From contig NC_043011.1 in the NCBI RefSeq assembly GCF_006345805.1, forward strand, positions 25,804,464 to 25,868,463: a stretch of 64,000 nt of DNA, read 5' to 3'. Numbering within the stretch: the first letter of the stretch is position 1; each line of letters begins with the position of its first letter. The stretch comes from Octopus sinensis. Its lineage: Eukaryota. A program made the position numbers and the translations under genes. Of the stretch, positions 62,588-64,000 are shown piece after piece. Under the pieces are notes generated by a model that saw only the letters and a list, made by a program, of their open reading frames with translations, was not told the origin of the DNA and searched no databases.

Positions 62588-63060
62588 ATGCGAGGTGCAT
62601 CTTAAATATTCTGTGATTGTTTTTAGGAGAGGCAGTTATAGTTGTCGTACATTATTTTAATTTTAGTATATTAGTACTATACATTTAATTAGCTGACCTA
62701 CCAACTTTTGATACACCAGGCTGAAGGAGACAGTTGTACTAGCACTCTGAATACATCCTACTTAACACTGCCTGTCACATCTGACTAGTTTGCAGTTGGG
62801 ACGTTTGGAAGCTTGGTATGCAATGGAGTTTTGTGATAAATTGAGCAAAAACGCTACCGAAAAACATGAAATGCTCCTGATTGCTACGGATAAACTTTTT
62901 CGCTGGCACAAGAGATTCAAGGACGACTGAGAGGAGTTGAGGTATGATGAGAGTTGTGGGAGGGAGAGGGACACCAGAACATCAGAATTGGTTGAGAAAA
63001 TTTGCAATTTTCTGTATGAAAAATAATGTGTGTCTATAATGACAGACACAAATATCGTGT
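62588..63060 (+). mobile_element. Mariner 5' fragment, degraded
   Basis: Starts with the TIR-like tatgcgaggtgcatc. Broken frames give YAMEFCDKLSKNATEKHEML, FRWHKRFKD and TRTSELVEKICNFL. Confidence 0.65.
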
Positions 63061-63175
63061 GGTTTTTTATTTATTTCCCACAATGGAAAGGGAAAATACA
63101 ATCTGATTGGGGTCAGATGGACGGATGGATATGATATAAAGATGACATTACAAATTCACAAAAATATAAATAAAT

Positions 63176-63246
63176 CAAGCTGGCAGAAACGTTAGCACGC
63201 CGGGCGAAATGCTTAGCAGTATTTCGTCTGCCGTTACGTTCCGAGT
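63176..63246 (+). mobile_element. SINE family B head only
   Basis: agctggcagaaacgttagcacgccgggcgaaatgcttagc...gttccgagtt. Confidence 0.75.
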
Positions 63247-63719
63247 TATGATGAGAGGGTTTAACGAAGGAAAAAAGAAAAGATGATAGACATAAAAAAA
63301 AGCATTGTGTATCAGTTTGAATTTACAAAAGACTGAGACACGCCAACGAAGCCTTATTTTCATAGAAATGATTTTGTCCCAAGAAGGCTTGATGCCACTG
63401 TAGCGTAAGAGACTACAGAGAATGAAAGAAGGGGCCTACATATTCTAAAGATGTCAATTGACAGAAAGCTTAAAGGTCAGAATATCATTGATTCCATGTT
63501 CTTATTCAGCCTGCTAGAAATATCAACCAATCCTCTTCAAATCAAGCCCTACTGTCTAAAAAAATAAGGCAATAGAGAAAGAATAGTTTTCTTCACTTCC
63601 ATCTCATTATAATTCTGTTTACATCTAGGATGAATTTGAGTATCGTACCCAGTACTTCACTGCTACTTTATTTTATCAAACTTGAAGAATGAAAGGCAGA
63701 TTTGACTTTGGTGATTCAC

Positions 63720-63880
63720 TGACTCCGAGAGCTATGCCAGTGGGGAGCAAAATCGTGGTAAGACCTTCCATGTTGGACAAAGGATAGAAGCCAGACTAAT
63801 ACGGACTAACTCTTTCCAGTGGTAAAAGAATAGGTTTGCGTAGGGCCAACACCCCAACCTATATAAAAAAAGTAAAGTTA
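63720..63880 (+). mobile_element. Possible RTE-clade 5' UTR fragment
   Basis: ccgagagctatgccag...ccagactaat...ggtttgcgtagggccaacaccccaacctatataaaaaa resembles recalled RTE 5' UTR motifs. Confidence 0.4.
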
Positions 63881-64000
63881 TAGAAGCATCGACGACAATT
63901 CAAATCCAGTTCTATATTTAAGAGATGAGGAATTATGTACATTATTTACATTATTTACATTTGACGGATATGCCCACGGGCATATGACGCGGAGGTTAAG

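Overview
This is AT-rich, extremely microsatellite-dense animal genomic DNA. The SINE families and repeat style most resemble an octopus/cephalopod genome (inference from recall, not a database search). The window appears to be almost entirely intronic or intergenic. Only one protein-coding exon is well supported: 20742-20878 on the minus strand, a transmembrane exon resembling UNC93-like MFS proteins. Three weaker exon candidates are also listed. Nearly all supplied ORFs are microsatellite translation artefacts. The rest is a layered transposon landscape. DNA transposons include four mariners (one near-intact), a maT/DD37D fragment, a Tigger fossil, a hAT MITE with an 8-bp TSD, and Helitron relics. 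Retroelements include Tx1/L1-clade, RTE and R4/Dong-like LINE fragments, about 35 tRNA-derived SINE copies, and a Penelope-like GIY-YIG endonuclease relic. The most unusual signal is a set of short, microsatellite-anchored, Penelope-like terminal-repeat units. One family carries a minimal hammerhead ribozyme fold with a non-canonical core (CUGUYGA) in three copies. Three other families appear as head-to-head foldback palindromes of about 90-290 bp. Repeat boundaries were read by eye and are approximate unless a TIR, TSD or splice site is cited.
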